From Planctomycetota bacterium (GTDB lineage Bacteria; Planctomycetota; SZUA-567): a stretch of 61,382 nt of DNA. Within the stretch, counting starts at the first letter, position 1; every line of letters begins with the position of its first letter. The position numbers were made by a program, and so were the translations under genes. The notes beneath the pieces were generated by a model, which ran no database searches, had not been told where the DNA came from, and saw nothing but the letters and a program-made list of their open reading frames with translations. Where the stretch lies: assembly GCA_031289115.1 (NCBI GenBank), contig JAITQC010000152.1:1-61382 (forward strand), given 5' to 3'. Shown here in pieces: positions 9,002-18,024 of this stretch.

Positions 9002-9997
9002 ATGGTTAATCCCCTGAAATTGCGAAAGCTTAGTCCCGACCTGGCCAGGTTTCATACCCTGGTGCACCGTTACGCCGAGGGCGAGGCTTTTTCCGCTGGC
9101 GGCCGGGAGTGGCGCCTGGCTGCCCAGCCCGAACCTGGTAGCATCCCCTATGGCCCCAGTTTGTATGGTAGTATTGGCCAAAGCGAGTTTGTCCTGTGGT
9201 TAGCCGAACCGGATTGGCGCCTGGCGGTGGAGACAGTACTGGAAGTACCCCTGGAGGCGGTAAGCGCCCTCCCGGATGAACTGGTGGGCGCCGCCCTTGA
9301 CACTTTTACCGGCGACCTCCTGAACCGCCTGGCGGCGGCGACTGGTTTACCCGTGCGTTTGGGACGAGTGGAGAGAAAAGCTTCCCCGCCCCCCTTGACC
9401 GCTTGCCACCTTACCCTGCGGCGTGACGATGACCTGATTCTCCGGGGTGCCCTGGTGGTGGCTGATTCGGAGGGGGAATGCCTGCGGGTGTTAAGGGAAA
9501 AACTGGCCAGCCGGCCGGGGAAAGGAGTCTTACCTTCCGACCTCCGGCTGACTGGGCGGCTAGGTCTTGGGTTAGGGAAAGCCACGCTCGACTCCTTGGC
9601 TACTTTGGCCACTGGCGATGTCGTCCTCGCCCCGGGGGGAGCGGAATGGTTTGTCCTGGTGGAAGAAAGTTTGCGCTTCGCGACTGACTGGAAAAAGGGA
9701 ATTTTAGCGGTGGAAGGAAAAAGTATGGCCAATGTGACGCCTTCGCCCGGGGTGACTCCGGACAGTCTTGATCCCCTGGGAGCGGTTGAGGTAGAGCTCC
9801 AGGCCCAGGTGGGGGTGCTTTCCCTTACCTTGGATGAGCTACGCAAGTTAGCAAGTGGGCAAGTGGTGGAATTCGCCACCCCGGTAGAGTCGCCCGCCAC
9901 CCTGGTGGTGGGTGGAAAAGCTATCGCCAGCGGGGAATTGGTCGATGTTGGCGGACGAGTGGGAGTGCGGATTACCGCCATGGCCACCCCCTCGTAG
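9002..9997 (+). CDS. sctQ: T3SS cytoplasmic ring / sorting platform protein SctQ (YscQ/SpaO)
   Basis: 331 aa. C-terminal SpoA-like domain (VELQAQVGVLSLTLDELRKLASGQVVEF...GGKAIASGELVDVGGRVGVRI). Located before the sctRSTU genes. Confidence 0.85.
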   Translation: MVNPLKLRKLSPDLARFHTLVHRYAEGEAFSAGGREWRLAAQPEPGSIPYGPSLYGSIGQSEFVLWLAEPDWRLAVETVLEVPLEAVSALPDELVGAALDTFTGDLLNRLAAATGLPVRLGRVERKASPPPLTACHLTLRRDDDLILRGALVVADSEGECLRVLREKLASRPGKGVLPSDLRLTGRLGLGLGKATLDSLATLATGDVVLAPGGAEWFVLVEESLRFATDWKKGILAVEGKSMANVTPSPGVTPDSLDPLGAVEVELQAQVGVLSLTLDELRKLASGQVVEFATPVESPATLVVGGKAIASGELVDVGGRVGVRITAMATPS

Positions 9998-10118
9998 CTG
10001 TTAACCCCGCCGCCATCTTCAGCTGGACCGGGTTTAGGGAAACGCTCGCCTGGTGGGGGCACGGGGCGTCATTTTACCAGAGGATGCCCGGGGTAGGGTA
10101 AAAACCGCTGGCTGAAGT

Positions 10119-10724
10119 TTGGGGAAAGAAAGCGCGAGGTCAACCATGTTAGTGGCTAAAGAAGACCTGTCTTTCGCTCCGGCAAAAAACAGCAAAAACC
10201 TGTCGGAAATCTTTAGCGCCAATCTGACCCACCTAAGGCGCCAACTCTTTCCCGGCTGGGGCGGGCAAAAACGCTTCGCCGAGTTTCTCGGTCTCACCCC
10301 TAACGACATTTCCAGTTACAAATATGGCCGCTGTCTTCCTAGTGAAGAGCGCCTGCAGGATATTGCCACGCGTCTAGGGATGACGCCGGAGGATCTTTGC
10401 CGTCCTTTGCCCGGGGTGAAGCAGACTCCCCTGCCGACTGGCAAGACGGAGGATGACGCCGCCCTGGTGGCGGAGGCGGCTTGGCAGGAGCGGGAGGCGG
10501 AACTAAAACATGCCGTCGCCCGTCTGGAAGGGATGGTCGAGGTTCTTCAGGGTCAAAACGAGCAGCAAAACAAGTTGCTCAACCAACTCCAGGAAGCCAA
10601 TTTTGTGCTTCGCGACCTGCTTTACGTGGGGGACGCCCCGGAGGCCAAGCGGCGTCGGGAGGAGATACTGGAGCGGGTTTCTCCGGAAATAATCAAGCTA
10701 GTGCGTCTGTCGGAAGCGTTCTGA
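10119..10724 (+). CDS. XRE-family helix-turn-helix protein with a C-terminal coiled coil, embedded in the T3SS cluster
   Basis: HTH_XRE-like segment LRRQLFPGWGGQKRFAEFLGLTPNDISSYKYGRCLPSEERLQDIATRLGMTPEDL, followed by a coiled coil (LKHAVARLEGMVEVLQGQNEQQNKLLNQLQEANFVL). An alternative start is ATG 10146. Confidence 0.65.
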   Translation: MGKESARSTMLVAKEDLSFAPAKNSKNLSEIFSANLTHLRRQLFPGWGGQKRFAEFLGLTPNDISSYKYGRCLPSEERLQDIATRLGMTPEDLCRPLPGVKQTPLPTGKTEDDAALVAEAAWQEREAELKHAVARLEGMVEVLQGQNEQQNKLLNQLQEANFVLRDLLYVGDAPEAKRRREEILERVSPEIIKLVRLSEAF

Positions 10725-10740
10725 CGGGGGAAGAGGGCTT

Positions 10741-11394
10741 ATGCTGGATGTTGATCCCGTTAGCCTGGTGATCGGGCTTTCCCTCCTGGCGCTCCTGCCT
10801 TTCCTGGCGGTGATGCTGACTAGCTACGTCAAGATGGTGGTGGTCTTCAGTCTTCTTCGTAACGCCCTAGGCGTGCAGCAAATCCCTCCCAACATGGTGA
10901 TGAACAGCCTGGCCATACTCCTTACCCTGTTTGTCATGGCTCCGGTGGGGCAGGCGATGTACCGTCTGGCGGTGGAAAACCCGGGGACTGAGATAAAGGG
11001 CATGGGGGATGTGCGGATAGAAACGCTGGAACGGGTGGGGGCGCCGCTAAAGGCGTTTCTACTTAAGCATTCCAATCCATCCCTAAGGGTCCTTTTTCTC
11101 CAGGCGGCGGAACAACTCTGGGAAAACCCGACTGAACGCCCGACTGACAGCGAAAGCTTTTTCATTCTGGCGCCGTCCTTCATGTTGACTGAACTAAGCG
11201 AGGCTTTCCAAATCGGCTTCCTCCTTTATCTTCCCTTTATCGTGGTGGATTTGGTTATTTCCAACATCCTCCTGGCGATGGGAATGATGATGGTGTCGCC
11301 GATGACCATATCCCTGCCTTTCAAACTGCTTCTTTTTGTGATGATCAATGGCTGGACCAAGGTGGTCGACGGCCTTCTGGCTACTTACCGCTAA
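10741..11394 (+). CDS. sctR: T3SS export apparatus protein SctR (YscR/FliP family)
   Basis: 217 aa polytopic protein. The motif VKMVVVFSLLRNALGVQQIPPNMVMNSLAILLTLFVM is typical of FliP/SctR. Confidence 0.95.
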   Translation: MLDVDPVSLVIGLSLLALLPFLAVMLTSYVKMVVVFSLLRNALGVQQIPPNMVMNSLAILLTLFVMAPVGQAMYRLAVENPGTEIKGMGDVRIETLERVGAPLKAFLLKHSNPSLRVLFLQAAEQLWENPTERPTDSESFFILAPSFMLTELSEAFQIGFLLYLPFIVVDLVISNILLAMGMMMVSPMTISLPFKLLLFVMINGWTKVVDGLLATYR

Positions 11395-11405
11395 GGAAAA
11401 AAGCC

Positions 11406-11675
11406 ATGTCGGAAGCCGAGATACTGTTCATCACCAAGGAGGCGCTGACCCTGGTCCTCATCCTCTCCCTGCCGCCCATTATTGTCGCTTCACTGCTTGG
11501 GGTGGTGGTGAGTCTTATCCAGGCTATTACCCAGGTGCAGGAACAGACTCTTTCTTTCGCCATCAAACTCCTTGGGGTCACCGTCACCCTGGTGGTTACC
11601 GCCACTTGGCTGGGGCGGGAACTCTTGCTTTACGCCAACAATCTTTTTACCAAAGTGGCGACCTTGTCATGGTGA
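11406..11675 (+). CDS. sctS: T3SS export apparatus protein SctS (YscS/FliQ family)
   Basis: 89 aa with two TM helices. LVSLIQAITQVQEQTLSFAIKLLGV matches the FliQ/SctS signature. Confidence 0.9.
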   Translation: MSEAEILFITKEALTLVLILSLPPIIVASLLGVVVSLIQAITQVQEQTLSFAIKLLGVTVTLVVTATWLGRELLLYANNLFTKVATLSW

Positions 11676-11693
11676 GGCTCAGGGTGAGGGGAA

Positions 11694-12503
11694 ATGGCGG
11701 ACATACTCTCTTTCGGGGTTTTAGCTGAGCATTATCTCTGGCTGGTTTCCCTGGCCATGGCCCGGTTGATTCCGATCTTCCAGATTGTCCCTTTTCTGGG
11801 AGGGCGGCACCTGACCACCCTGACCCGGAATTCCCTGGCTTTCGCCCTGGCCCTGTTTCTTCTTCCCTGGTTAAGTAATTTGTCCCCGGCCGGCGGTTAT
11901 GACCTGCAGACCTGCCTCCCTTTACTGGCCAAGGAGGTGGCGCTAGGAACAATTTTCGGCTTTCTTTCCTCCCTCGCCTTTTACGCCGCCGCCGGCGTTG
12001 GTTTCCTGGTGGACAACCAGCGCGGCTTGTCGATGTCGACAATGACCGACCCTTTGGCGGGGGATGATACAACGCCCCTGGGAAGCCTGGCTATGGAAAC
12101 GCTCACCATGGTCTTTATCGCCACCGGCGGGTTGGCCCTTTTTTTCCAGGCTCTCTTGACCACCTACGCCTTCTGGTCCCCGTTCTCTTTCTGGCCCGAC
12201 TGGGGGGCGACTCCGCTTCGGGATCTGGTGCAGGGGCAGTTTTTCTGGTACCTGTCGACCATGGTGACTCTGGCCGCCCCCATGCTTTTAATCTGTTTCC
12301 TGGTGGATTTCGGCATGGGTCTGATGAACCGCTTCGCCCCGCAACTCAATGTGTTTTTCCTGGCTATGCCAGTGAAAAGCGCCCTTTCCATGGCCTTATT
12401 GGTTTTCTACTGGGGGGCGATGCTCCGGGCTCTGGAACGGGAAACGCTACGCCTCCCCATTCTCTGGAACGCCCTGCGACACAGTCTGGTCCTGGATTTA
12501 TAG
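11694..12503 (+). CDS. sctT: T3SS export apparatus protein SctT (YscT/FliR family)
   Basis: 269 aa polytopic membrane protein between sctS and sctU. FliR-like segments (FQIVPFLGGRHL..., NRFAPQLNVFFLAMPVK). Confidence 0.9.
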   Translation: MADILSFGVLAEHYLWLVSLAMARLIPIFQIVPFLGGRHLTTLTRNSLAFALALFLLPWLSNLSPAGGYDLQTCLPLLAKEVALGTIFGFLSSLAFYAAAGVGFLVDNQRGLSMSTMTDPLAGDDTTPLGSLAMETLTMVFIATGGLALFFQALLTTYAFWSPFSFWPDWGATPLRDLVQGQFFWYLSTMVTLAAPMLLICFLVDFGMGLMNRFAPQLNVFFLAMPVKSALSMALLVFYWGAMLRALERETLRLPILWNALRHSLVLDL

Positions 12504-12509
12504 GGGGAG

Positions 12510-13580
12510 GTGTTTGGCGGTATGGCCGAGGACAAGACTGAGGAACCCACTGACAAACACCTCCGGGACGCCAAGGAAGAGGGGCAGGTAGTCAAGAGCC
12601 AGGAAATCTCGGCTACGGCGGTGGTGCTAAGCGTCATTTTATTTGTCTGGCTTGGCTTCGACTGGCTAAACGACAAGTTGAAGGAGCTGCTGTTCCTCAC
12701 CCTGGGGGTTTTCGACCTTCCCTTTTCCGAGGCCTTGAAGACGGTTGGCCAGGCGGCGGTGGAGACCTTCCTGGTTTTGTCGCTAAGCGTTGTCGCTCTG
12801 GCGGCGGTGGCGGGGACGGTTGGCCACCTGGCCCAGACTGGGATCATGTTTGCCTGGAAGGCGGCGACTCCCAAGCTTGACAAGTTAAATCCCAAGCAGT
12901 GGTTTTCCAAGGTTTTTTCCCTGAAAAACCTGGTGGAGTTTCTGCGTTCGCTAGTTAAAATCGGCGTGGTGATCCTGGCCTTCTACCTGTCTTTTGACAA
13001 GGCTTTGCCCCTGCTACTGCGTCTTCCTGACCACAACCTGGACGCCATACCGGTGGTCCTGGGTTTGGTCATGCGGGATACCGCCACCTATTCGATAGCC
13101 GCCTTTGTCGCCATCGCGGCGCTGGACTGGCTTTTCCAGAGATGGCAGTTTCTCAAGGAACACCGCATGAGCAAGGACGAGGTAAAGAAGGAATACAAGG
13201 AGATGGAGGGCGATCCCCAGATCAAGGGACAGCGCCGGCAGTTGCACCAGGAAATGGCTATGGAAGACCGGGCCCAGAGTGTGCGCCAGGCTGATGTGCT
13301 GGTGACTAACCCCACTCACTTGGCTATCGCTATCGAATACAAGTCGGAGAAGAATCCCCTGCCGGTTATCTTGGCTAAAGGGGAGGGGGCCTTGGCAGCC
13401 CGAATGATGAAAATAGCCGCTGAGGCGGGAATACCAGTCATGCGTAACGTTCCCTTGGCGCACGACCTTTGGGAGCAGGGCCAGGAAATGCAATACATTC
13501 CCTCTTCCCTGATTGAATCGGTGGCCGAGGTGCTGGTGTGGCTTAGAGACCTTCGGGAAAGCCAGGGGGGGCAGCTATGA
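12510..13580 (+). CDS. sctU: T3SS autoprotease / substrate-switch protein SctU (YscU/FlhB family)
   Basis: N-terminal KTEEPTDKHLRDAKEEGQV, four TM helices, and the NPTH autocleavage motif (VLVTNPTHLAIAIEY). ATG 12522 is an alternative to the listed GTG 12510. Confidence 0.95.
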   Translation: MFGGMAEDKTEEPTDKHLRDAKEEGQVVKSQEISATAVVLSVILFVWLGFDWLNDKLKELLFLTLGVFDLPFSEALKTVGQAAVETFLVLSLSVVALAAVAGTVGHLAQTGIMFAWKAATPKLDKLNPKQWFSKVFSLKNLVEFLRSLVKIGVVILAFYLSFDKALPLLLRLPDHNLDAIPVVLGLVMRDTATYSIAAFVAIAALDWLFQRWQFLKEHRMSKDEVKKEYKEMEGDPQIKGQRRQLHQEMAMEDRAQSVRQADVLVTNPTHLAIAIEYKSEKNPLPVILAKGEGALAARMMKIAAEAGIPVMRNVPLAHDLWEQGQEMQYIPSSLIESVAEVLVWLRDLRESQGGQL

Positions 13581-14662
13581 CCACGTCAGTCAATTCTTCC
13601 GGTTTTGTCCAGCGCTTTTCTACCGGTCCGGAAGCCAGTTCCGGGGCGGTGGCGAGTCGCGGCGAGTGGAATGGCCTGGCGGTGGAAGTAGCGAATGACC
13701 CCATGAGTCTCCTGCAGGACGCGGCGGAAGAATTGACCTTCGCCGCTAGCGAAACAGTGGAAAAGGATGTTTCCGAACGCAAGAAAGCGGACAAGGGAAA
13801 ACGGATAGACCTGGTGGTGCCTGCGCCAGAGGCGATGGCCAGGCTTAAGGAGGACAAGGCCGAGCAGTTGGCGAAAATGCTCGCCGCCGTCCGCCTAAGC
13901 GGGGGATCCCCGGCCGCCTTTCGGGAAGCGCTTTCCGGATTCACCGACCCCACCGAGCGCCACGCCGCCTTACTCTGGCTGGAAGATGAGTTGGCTGGCG
14001 ACCCGTCCCTGGCGGAACTCGCCCGGGAGGAACGCGTTAAGTTAGAGACGCAGCTGGGGGTGGAGATCCAGGCTGGCTACAATGTGGGCGGGGTGGCCGG
14101 CCCAGAGGATGGTAAGGACTGCTACCGCCGAACCATACTGGGCCGGGACAACATAACCACCCTCCTTGACGATATCCTCGAGCGCTATGGGACAAATGAT
14201 TTTGTCAAGACGGTGGAATTCCTCCGCCAGGCGGTGGGAGCCGACCTTTCCGCCGCCCGACCCTCTATCGACAAGCGCGAGCTGGAAAGCATGAACAACG
14301 ATCTTTACCAGTTGCGGGCCCTGGCTAATTTCACCAATGATTTTACCAGCCAGATCGACCAACTTAGGGAGAAACGCGGGAAAACCCCCCTCCCGGCTGC
14401 GGGAATGGAGACGCTACGCCTCTTGTGCCGGGCCAAGGACCAGCGTCTGGTAATGCTGGACAATTTGGCCGGCACCCTGGAGCTGGAAGGAAAGAGCGAC
14501 CCGACCTATGACGTCCAGGCCCTGACCCGGACCCTGTGGCTAGCCCAACAGCTTCCTCCCAAGCTTTTTGGCGAGGCGGAAAGCCGGGAACGTCTTCTGG
14601 TGGCGGGCCAAAAGATTCTCGACCGCGCTATCGACCTTGAGGAATCCCTGCTGGAGGAGTAA
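13577..14662 (+). CDS. sctW: T3SS gatekeeper SctW (YopN/TyeA-type, single fused polypeptide as in MxiC/InvE/SepL)
   Basis: 361 aa. HrpJ/YopN-like layout (FAASETVEKDVSERKKADKGKR..., VEFLRQAVGADLSAARPS..., NNDLYQLRAL). ATGA overlap with sctU. Followed by a SycN-like chaperone. Confidence 0.8.
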   Translation: MTTSVNSSGFVQRFSTGPEASSGAVASRGEWNGLAVEVANDPMSLLQDAAEELTFAASETVEKDVSERKKADKGKRIDLVVPAPEAMARLKEDKAEQLAKMLAAVRLSGGSPAAFREALSGFTDPTERHAALLWLEDELAGDPSLAELAREERVKLETQLGVEIQAGYNVGGVAGPEDGKDCYRRTILGRDNITTLLDDILERYGTNDFVKTVEFLRQAVGADLSAARPSIDKRELESMNNDLYQLRALANFTNDFTSQIDQLREKRGKTPLPAAGMETLRLLCRAKDQRLVMLDNLAGTLELEGKSDPTYDVQALTRTLWLAQQLPPKLFGEAESRERLLVAGQKILDRAIDLEESLLEE

Positions 14663-15042
14663 TGTCAGACATCTTCTTCTCGACCCTGGCGGATTTCGGG
14701 CGTCGCCTAGGTATTCCTAACCTGACTCCTGGCGCCAACGGGGTGGTGGAATTAAAGGTGGAAAAGCTGGGCCGCTTGCAGCTGGAGCTTGATTCTCCGG
14801 GGGAGGCGGTTTGGTTGACGCTAGCTAGGGAGCGGCCGGCGGGACGGGATGACTTGTCACGGCGGCTTCTTGACCTCTGTCACTGGCGGGAAAACCATCC
14901 CTGGGCTATTTATCCCGGCGCCCGGGGTGGTGAATGGCTTCTCCTGTCCGTCAGGTTGGGAAACCCTGAGTTTGACCTGCCTACCCTGGAAAGGTTACTG
15001 GGTTATCTAGACAACCTGTTTACCCGGGTGGAAGGGAACTAG
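14662..15042 (+). CDS. Class I T3SS chaperone, SycN/CesT-like
   Basis: 126 aa acidic protein. N-terminal FGRRLGIPNLTPGANGVVELKVEKLGRLQLELDSPGEAVWLTLA mirrors the SycN/YscB-type chaperone pattern. TAATG coupling to sctW. Confidence 0.6.
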   Translation: MSDIFFSTLADFGRRLGIPNLTPGANGVVELKVEKLGRLQLELDSPGEAVWLTLARERPAGRDDLSRRLLDLCHWRENHPWAIYPGARGGEWLLLSVRLGNPEFDLPTLERLLGYLDNLFTRVEGN

Positions 15043-15096
15043 CCGAGGCGCGACGAAGGCGCGCCGCCTGCCACTGGCTGGATAAGGATAAGCGTT

Positions 15097-15501
15097 ATGG
15101 CTCTAATAGGCGGTTTCGATCCTTCGCTAGGAGTGCGTCCCCTGGTGGACGGCCGGATGGAGATTGGCCGTAGTAACCTCCCTCTCTCCTCCCAGATGCT
15201 TCCTGACTCCCTGAATGAGTCGGCGACTACCCGGCTGTTTGGCAATCTTTCCGGTTCCTCCCTGCTTGACAGTTTCGCCCCGTTCCTCGCCCTGGAACTG
15301 CGGCACCGCGAGCTTCTTTCCCCCGATGTTTTCTTCGAGTCGCTTGGCGAGGCGGCCGCCGCTTTTCGTCAGGGGGCTGGCGGAGAAGGGGATGGCCAGC
15401 CAAAGGAAGGGCCGCTGGTGGAGGCGGCCCGGGTTCTGGAGGAGATCCTGGGCAATCGCGAGCTATGCGAAATATTACGGAATCTGGTTATGAAGGCCTG
15501 A
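15097..15501 (+). CDS. sctX: YscX/SctX-like secreted export-gate accessory protein (by position and size)
   Basis: 134 aa, between the SycN-like chaperone and the TPR YscY-like gene, just upstream of sctV. This gene order is specific to the Ysc family. Confidence 0.45.
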   Translation: MALIGGFDPSLGVRPLVDGRMEIGRSNLPLSSQMLPDSLNESATTRLFGNLSGSSLLDSFAPFLALELRHRELLSPDVFFESLGEAAAAFRQGAGGEGDGQPKEGPLVEAARVLEEILGNRELCEILRNLVMKA

Positions 15502-15503
15502 CC

Positions 15504-15860
15504 ATGGAAGAACGCGAGTATGAGGCGGTGCAGGTGCTGGCCGAGTTGATGGTCAGATCAGAGAAGTACCAGTTGGCGCGTGACCTTCTCCAGGGTCTTC
15601 TGGAGCTTCGCCCAGATGACCAAAAGGTGCGGCGTAACCTGGTCCATACCCAGCTGGCGCTTAAGGATTACGCCGGGGCCGAACCCCTGGCGCGGGGCCT
15701 GGTGGCAGAGAGCGGGGGGGAAGACAAGGTCCCGGCCCTGTTTTTCCACGCCCACGCTTTGTGGGGACTGGATAAACTGGCGGAGTCGCGAAGCGAGGTG
15801 GAGCTTTACGCTAAGGAACTGGCCAAATACGAAAAACACTTGTCGGCAAAACAGGGGTAA
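15504..15860 (+). CDS. sctY: YscY/SctY-like TPR chaperone
   Basis: About 118 aa from ATG 15504. TPR-like repeats (KYQLARDLLQGLLELRPDDQKVRRNLVHTQLALKDYAGAEPLARGL). Immediately precedes sctV. Confidence 0.5.
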   Translation: MEEREYEAVQVLAELMVRSEKYQLARDLLQGLLELRPDDQKVRRNLVHTQLALKDYAGAEPLARGLVAESGGEDKVPALFFHAHALWGLDKLAESRSEVELYAKELAKYEKHLSAKQG

Positions 15861-15868
15861 GCAAAACG

Positions 15869-17971
15869 ATGTTGAGTCTTGGCGGAGTTATTGGCAAGGT
15901 GACGCGCTACAACGACCTTATCCTGGTGGGGTTGTTGATATTTATTATCGCCCTGATGATCATCCCTCTCCCCACGCCGGTGGTGGACCTTCTTATTGGC
16001 GTCAACCTCGCCATCTCAGTCACCATGATGATGATTTCCCTTTATATTCCCGGCTCTCTCGAGTTCTCGGTTTTCCCCTCGCTACTTCTTTTCACCACCC
16101 TGTTCCGGCTTTCCCTTAACATCACCACCACCCGGCTTATTCTTCTCCACGCCAACGCTGGCGAGATTATCCAAACTTTCGGCGCCTTTGTGGTGGGCGG
16201 CAACCTGATAGTGGGGGCGGTGATATTCCTCATTATCACCATTGTCCAGTTCCTGGTGATCGCCAAGGGGGCGGAGCGGGTGTCGGAAGTCGGGGCCCGG
16301 TTTACCCTGGACGCGATGCCGGGGAAGCAAATGTCGATTGACGCCGACATGCGGGCGGGAAACCTCACGCTTGACGAGGCGCGCCTGCGTCGCGAACTAG
16401 TGCAAAAGGAGAGCCAGCTTTACGGCGCCATGGACGGGGCGATGAAGTTTGTCAAGGGTGACGCTATCGCTGGCCTAATCATCACCGCCCTAAACATTGT
16501 GGGTGGGGTGGGAATAGGCGTTCTCCAACGCGGCATGACGGCGGGCGAGGCAATGACCCGCTATTCGGTTTTGACCATCGGGGACGGGCTGGTTAGCCAG
16601 ATACCGGCTCTCCTTATTTCCATCACCGCCGGCACCATTGTCACCCGGGTGACTAACAGCGATTCGGACAATCTGGGGGGCGATATTGGGCGTCAGTTCC
16701 TGGCGCGGCCCAAGGCGATCATGATCGGCGGAGTTATTATCTTCCTTTTCGCCCTGATTCCCGGCTTTCCCAAGCCGCAACTGTTCGGTCTGGCCTTCCT
16801 GATGCTGGCCCTGGGTTATGGTCTAAAGGAAGTCGCCACCACCCCGCAGGTGGCGGCCACGGAGCGTCTGGAAGAGTCTTTGCGTCCGGCCAGCGATCCG
16901 GGTGGCAAGGACAAGACGGGGCGCGGCGGCAAAGCGGCCGCCACGGTCGAGTCGTTTTCCCTGAGTGTCCCGGTTTTAGTCGACCTCGCTCCCGATATTC
17001 GGGCCCGCTTGAATGTCGAGGAGCTTAACGACGAGGTCATACACCTTCGCCGCGCCCTTTATTTCGATCTGGGCGTGCCTTTCCCTGGCATAAATCTCCG
17101 CTATCTCGACAGTCTCCAGGTTGGCAACTATGTGATCCTCCTGGACGAGGTGCCGGTAACCCGGGGATGGATACGTGAGGGGTCGGTGCTGGTACGGGAA
17201 AAAGCCGAGCACCTGAATGTTTTGGGGTTACCGTACGTGGAGGACAAACCCTTTCTTTCAGGATTGTCCAGCCTATGGGTGGAAACCGGACGCACCATAG
17301 ACCTGGATCGGCTGGGTGTCGCCTGGCTAGGTCCAGTGGAGGTGATTTCCTACCACCTCTCCTTTGTCCTGAAGCGCCACGCCGCCAATTTCCTGGGTAT
17401 CCAAGAGACGCGGCACCTTCTTACCCAGATGGAGGCGAAGTTTCCCGAGTTGGTCAAGGAGACACAGCGCCTGTTGCCCCTGCAGAAGATATCGGATATT
17501 CTGCAGCGTCTAGTGCAGGAGAATGTCTCTATCCGTAATTTCCGGGTGGTTCTGGAAGCCCTGGTGGAATGGGGCGCCAAGGAGAAAGACTCTCTTCTTC
17601 TTACTGAATATGTCCGGGGGACGCTCCGGCGGCAGATTAGTTACCAATACGCCAGTAACAACAACCAACTCCCGGTTTATCTACTCCAGCCTGAGTGCGA
17701 GGAACAGATAAGGGGCGCTATCCGCCAGACCTCCTCGGGAAGCTTTCTCTCCCTGGCGCCTCAGGCCACGGGTAAATTTATTAAGAATCTCCGAAAAGAG
17801 GTGGGCGTGATTGAAAGCCTGGCCAGGCACCCGGTTCTCCTGACTTCCATGGATATCCGGCGCTATGTCAGGAAAATGGTCGAGGGTGAACTGCCGGACC
17901 TGATGGTTTTGTCCTATCAGGAACTGACGCCGGAGATAACAGTCCAACCTCTTGGTAAAATCAGTATGTAG
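15869..17971 (+). CDS. sctV: T3SS export gate SctV (YscV/LcrD/InvA/FlhA family)
   Basis: 700 aa. Conserved FHIPEP-like N-terminal membrane domain (FPSLLLFTTLFRLSLNITTTRLIL, GAERVSEVGARFTLDAMPGKQMSIDAD, AMDGAMKFVKGDAIAG) and a cytoplasmic ring domain. Confidence 0.97.
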   Translation: MLSLGGVIGKVTRYNDLILVGLLIFIIALMIIPLPTPVVDLLIGVNLAISVTMMMISLYIPGSLEFSVFPSLLLFTTLFRLSLNITTTRLILLHANAGEIIQTFGAFVVGGNLIVGAVIFLIITIVQFLVIAKGAERVSEVGARFTLDAMPGKQMSIDADMRAGNLTLDEARLRRELVQKESQLYGAMDGAMKFVKGDAIAGLIITALNIVGGVGIGVLQRGMTAGEAMTRYSVLTIGDGLVSQIPALLISITAGTIVTRVTNSDSDNLGGDIGRQFLARPKAIMIGGVIIFLFALIPGFPKPQLFGLAFLMLALGYGLKEVATTPQVAATERLEESLRPASDPGGKDKTGRGGKAAATVESFSLSVPVLVDLAPDIRARLNVEELNDEVIHLRRALYFDLGVPFPGINLRYLDSLQVGNYVILLDEVPVTRGWIREGSVLVREKAEHLNVLGLPYVEDKPFLSGLSSLWVETGRTIDLDRLGVAWLGPVEVISYHLSFVLKRHAANFLGIQETRHLLTQMEAKFPELVKETQRLLPLQKISDILQRLVQENVSIRNFRVVLEALVEWGAKEKDSLLLTEYVRGTLRRQISYQYASNNNQLPVYLLQPECEEQIRGAIRQTSSGSFLSLAPQATGKFIKNLRKEVGVIESLARHPVLLTSMDIRRYVRKMVEGELPDLMVLSYQELTPEITVQPLGKISM

Positions 17972-18024
17972 GCGAATTGCCCCAGGATTAAAGGCGGCGC
18001 TGTCGGATAGGGAGAACAAAGACC

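Noticed and set aside
2-17971. A flagellar export apparatus instead of an injectisome.
   Set aside because: A secretin (SctC), a needle subunit, a YscJ-type lipoprotein, a gatekeeper SctW and YscX/Y-type genes are present. No hook, rod, flagellin or Mot genes are present.
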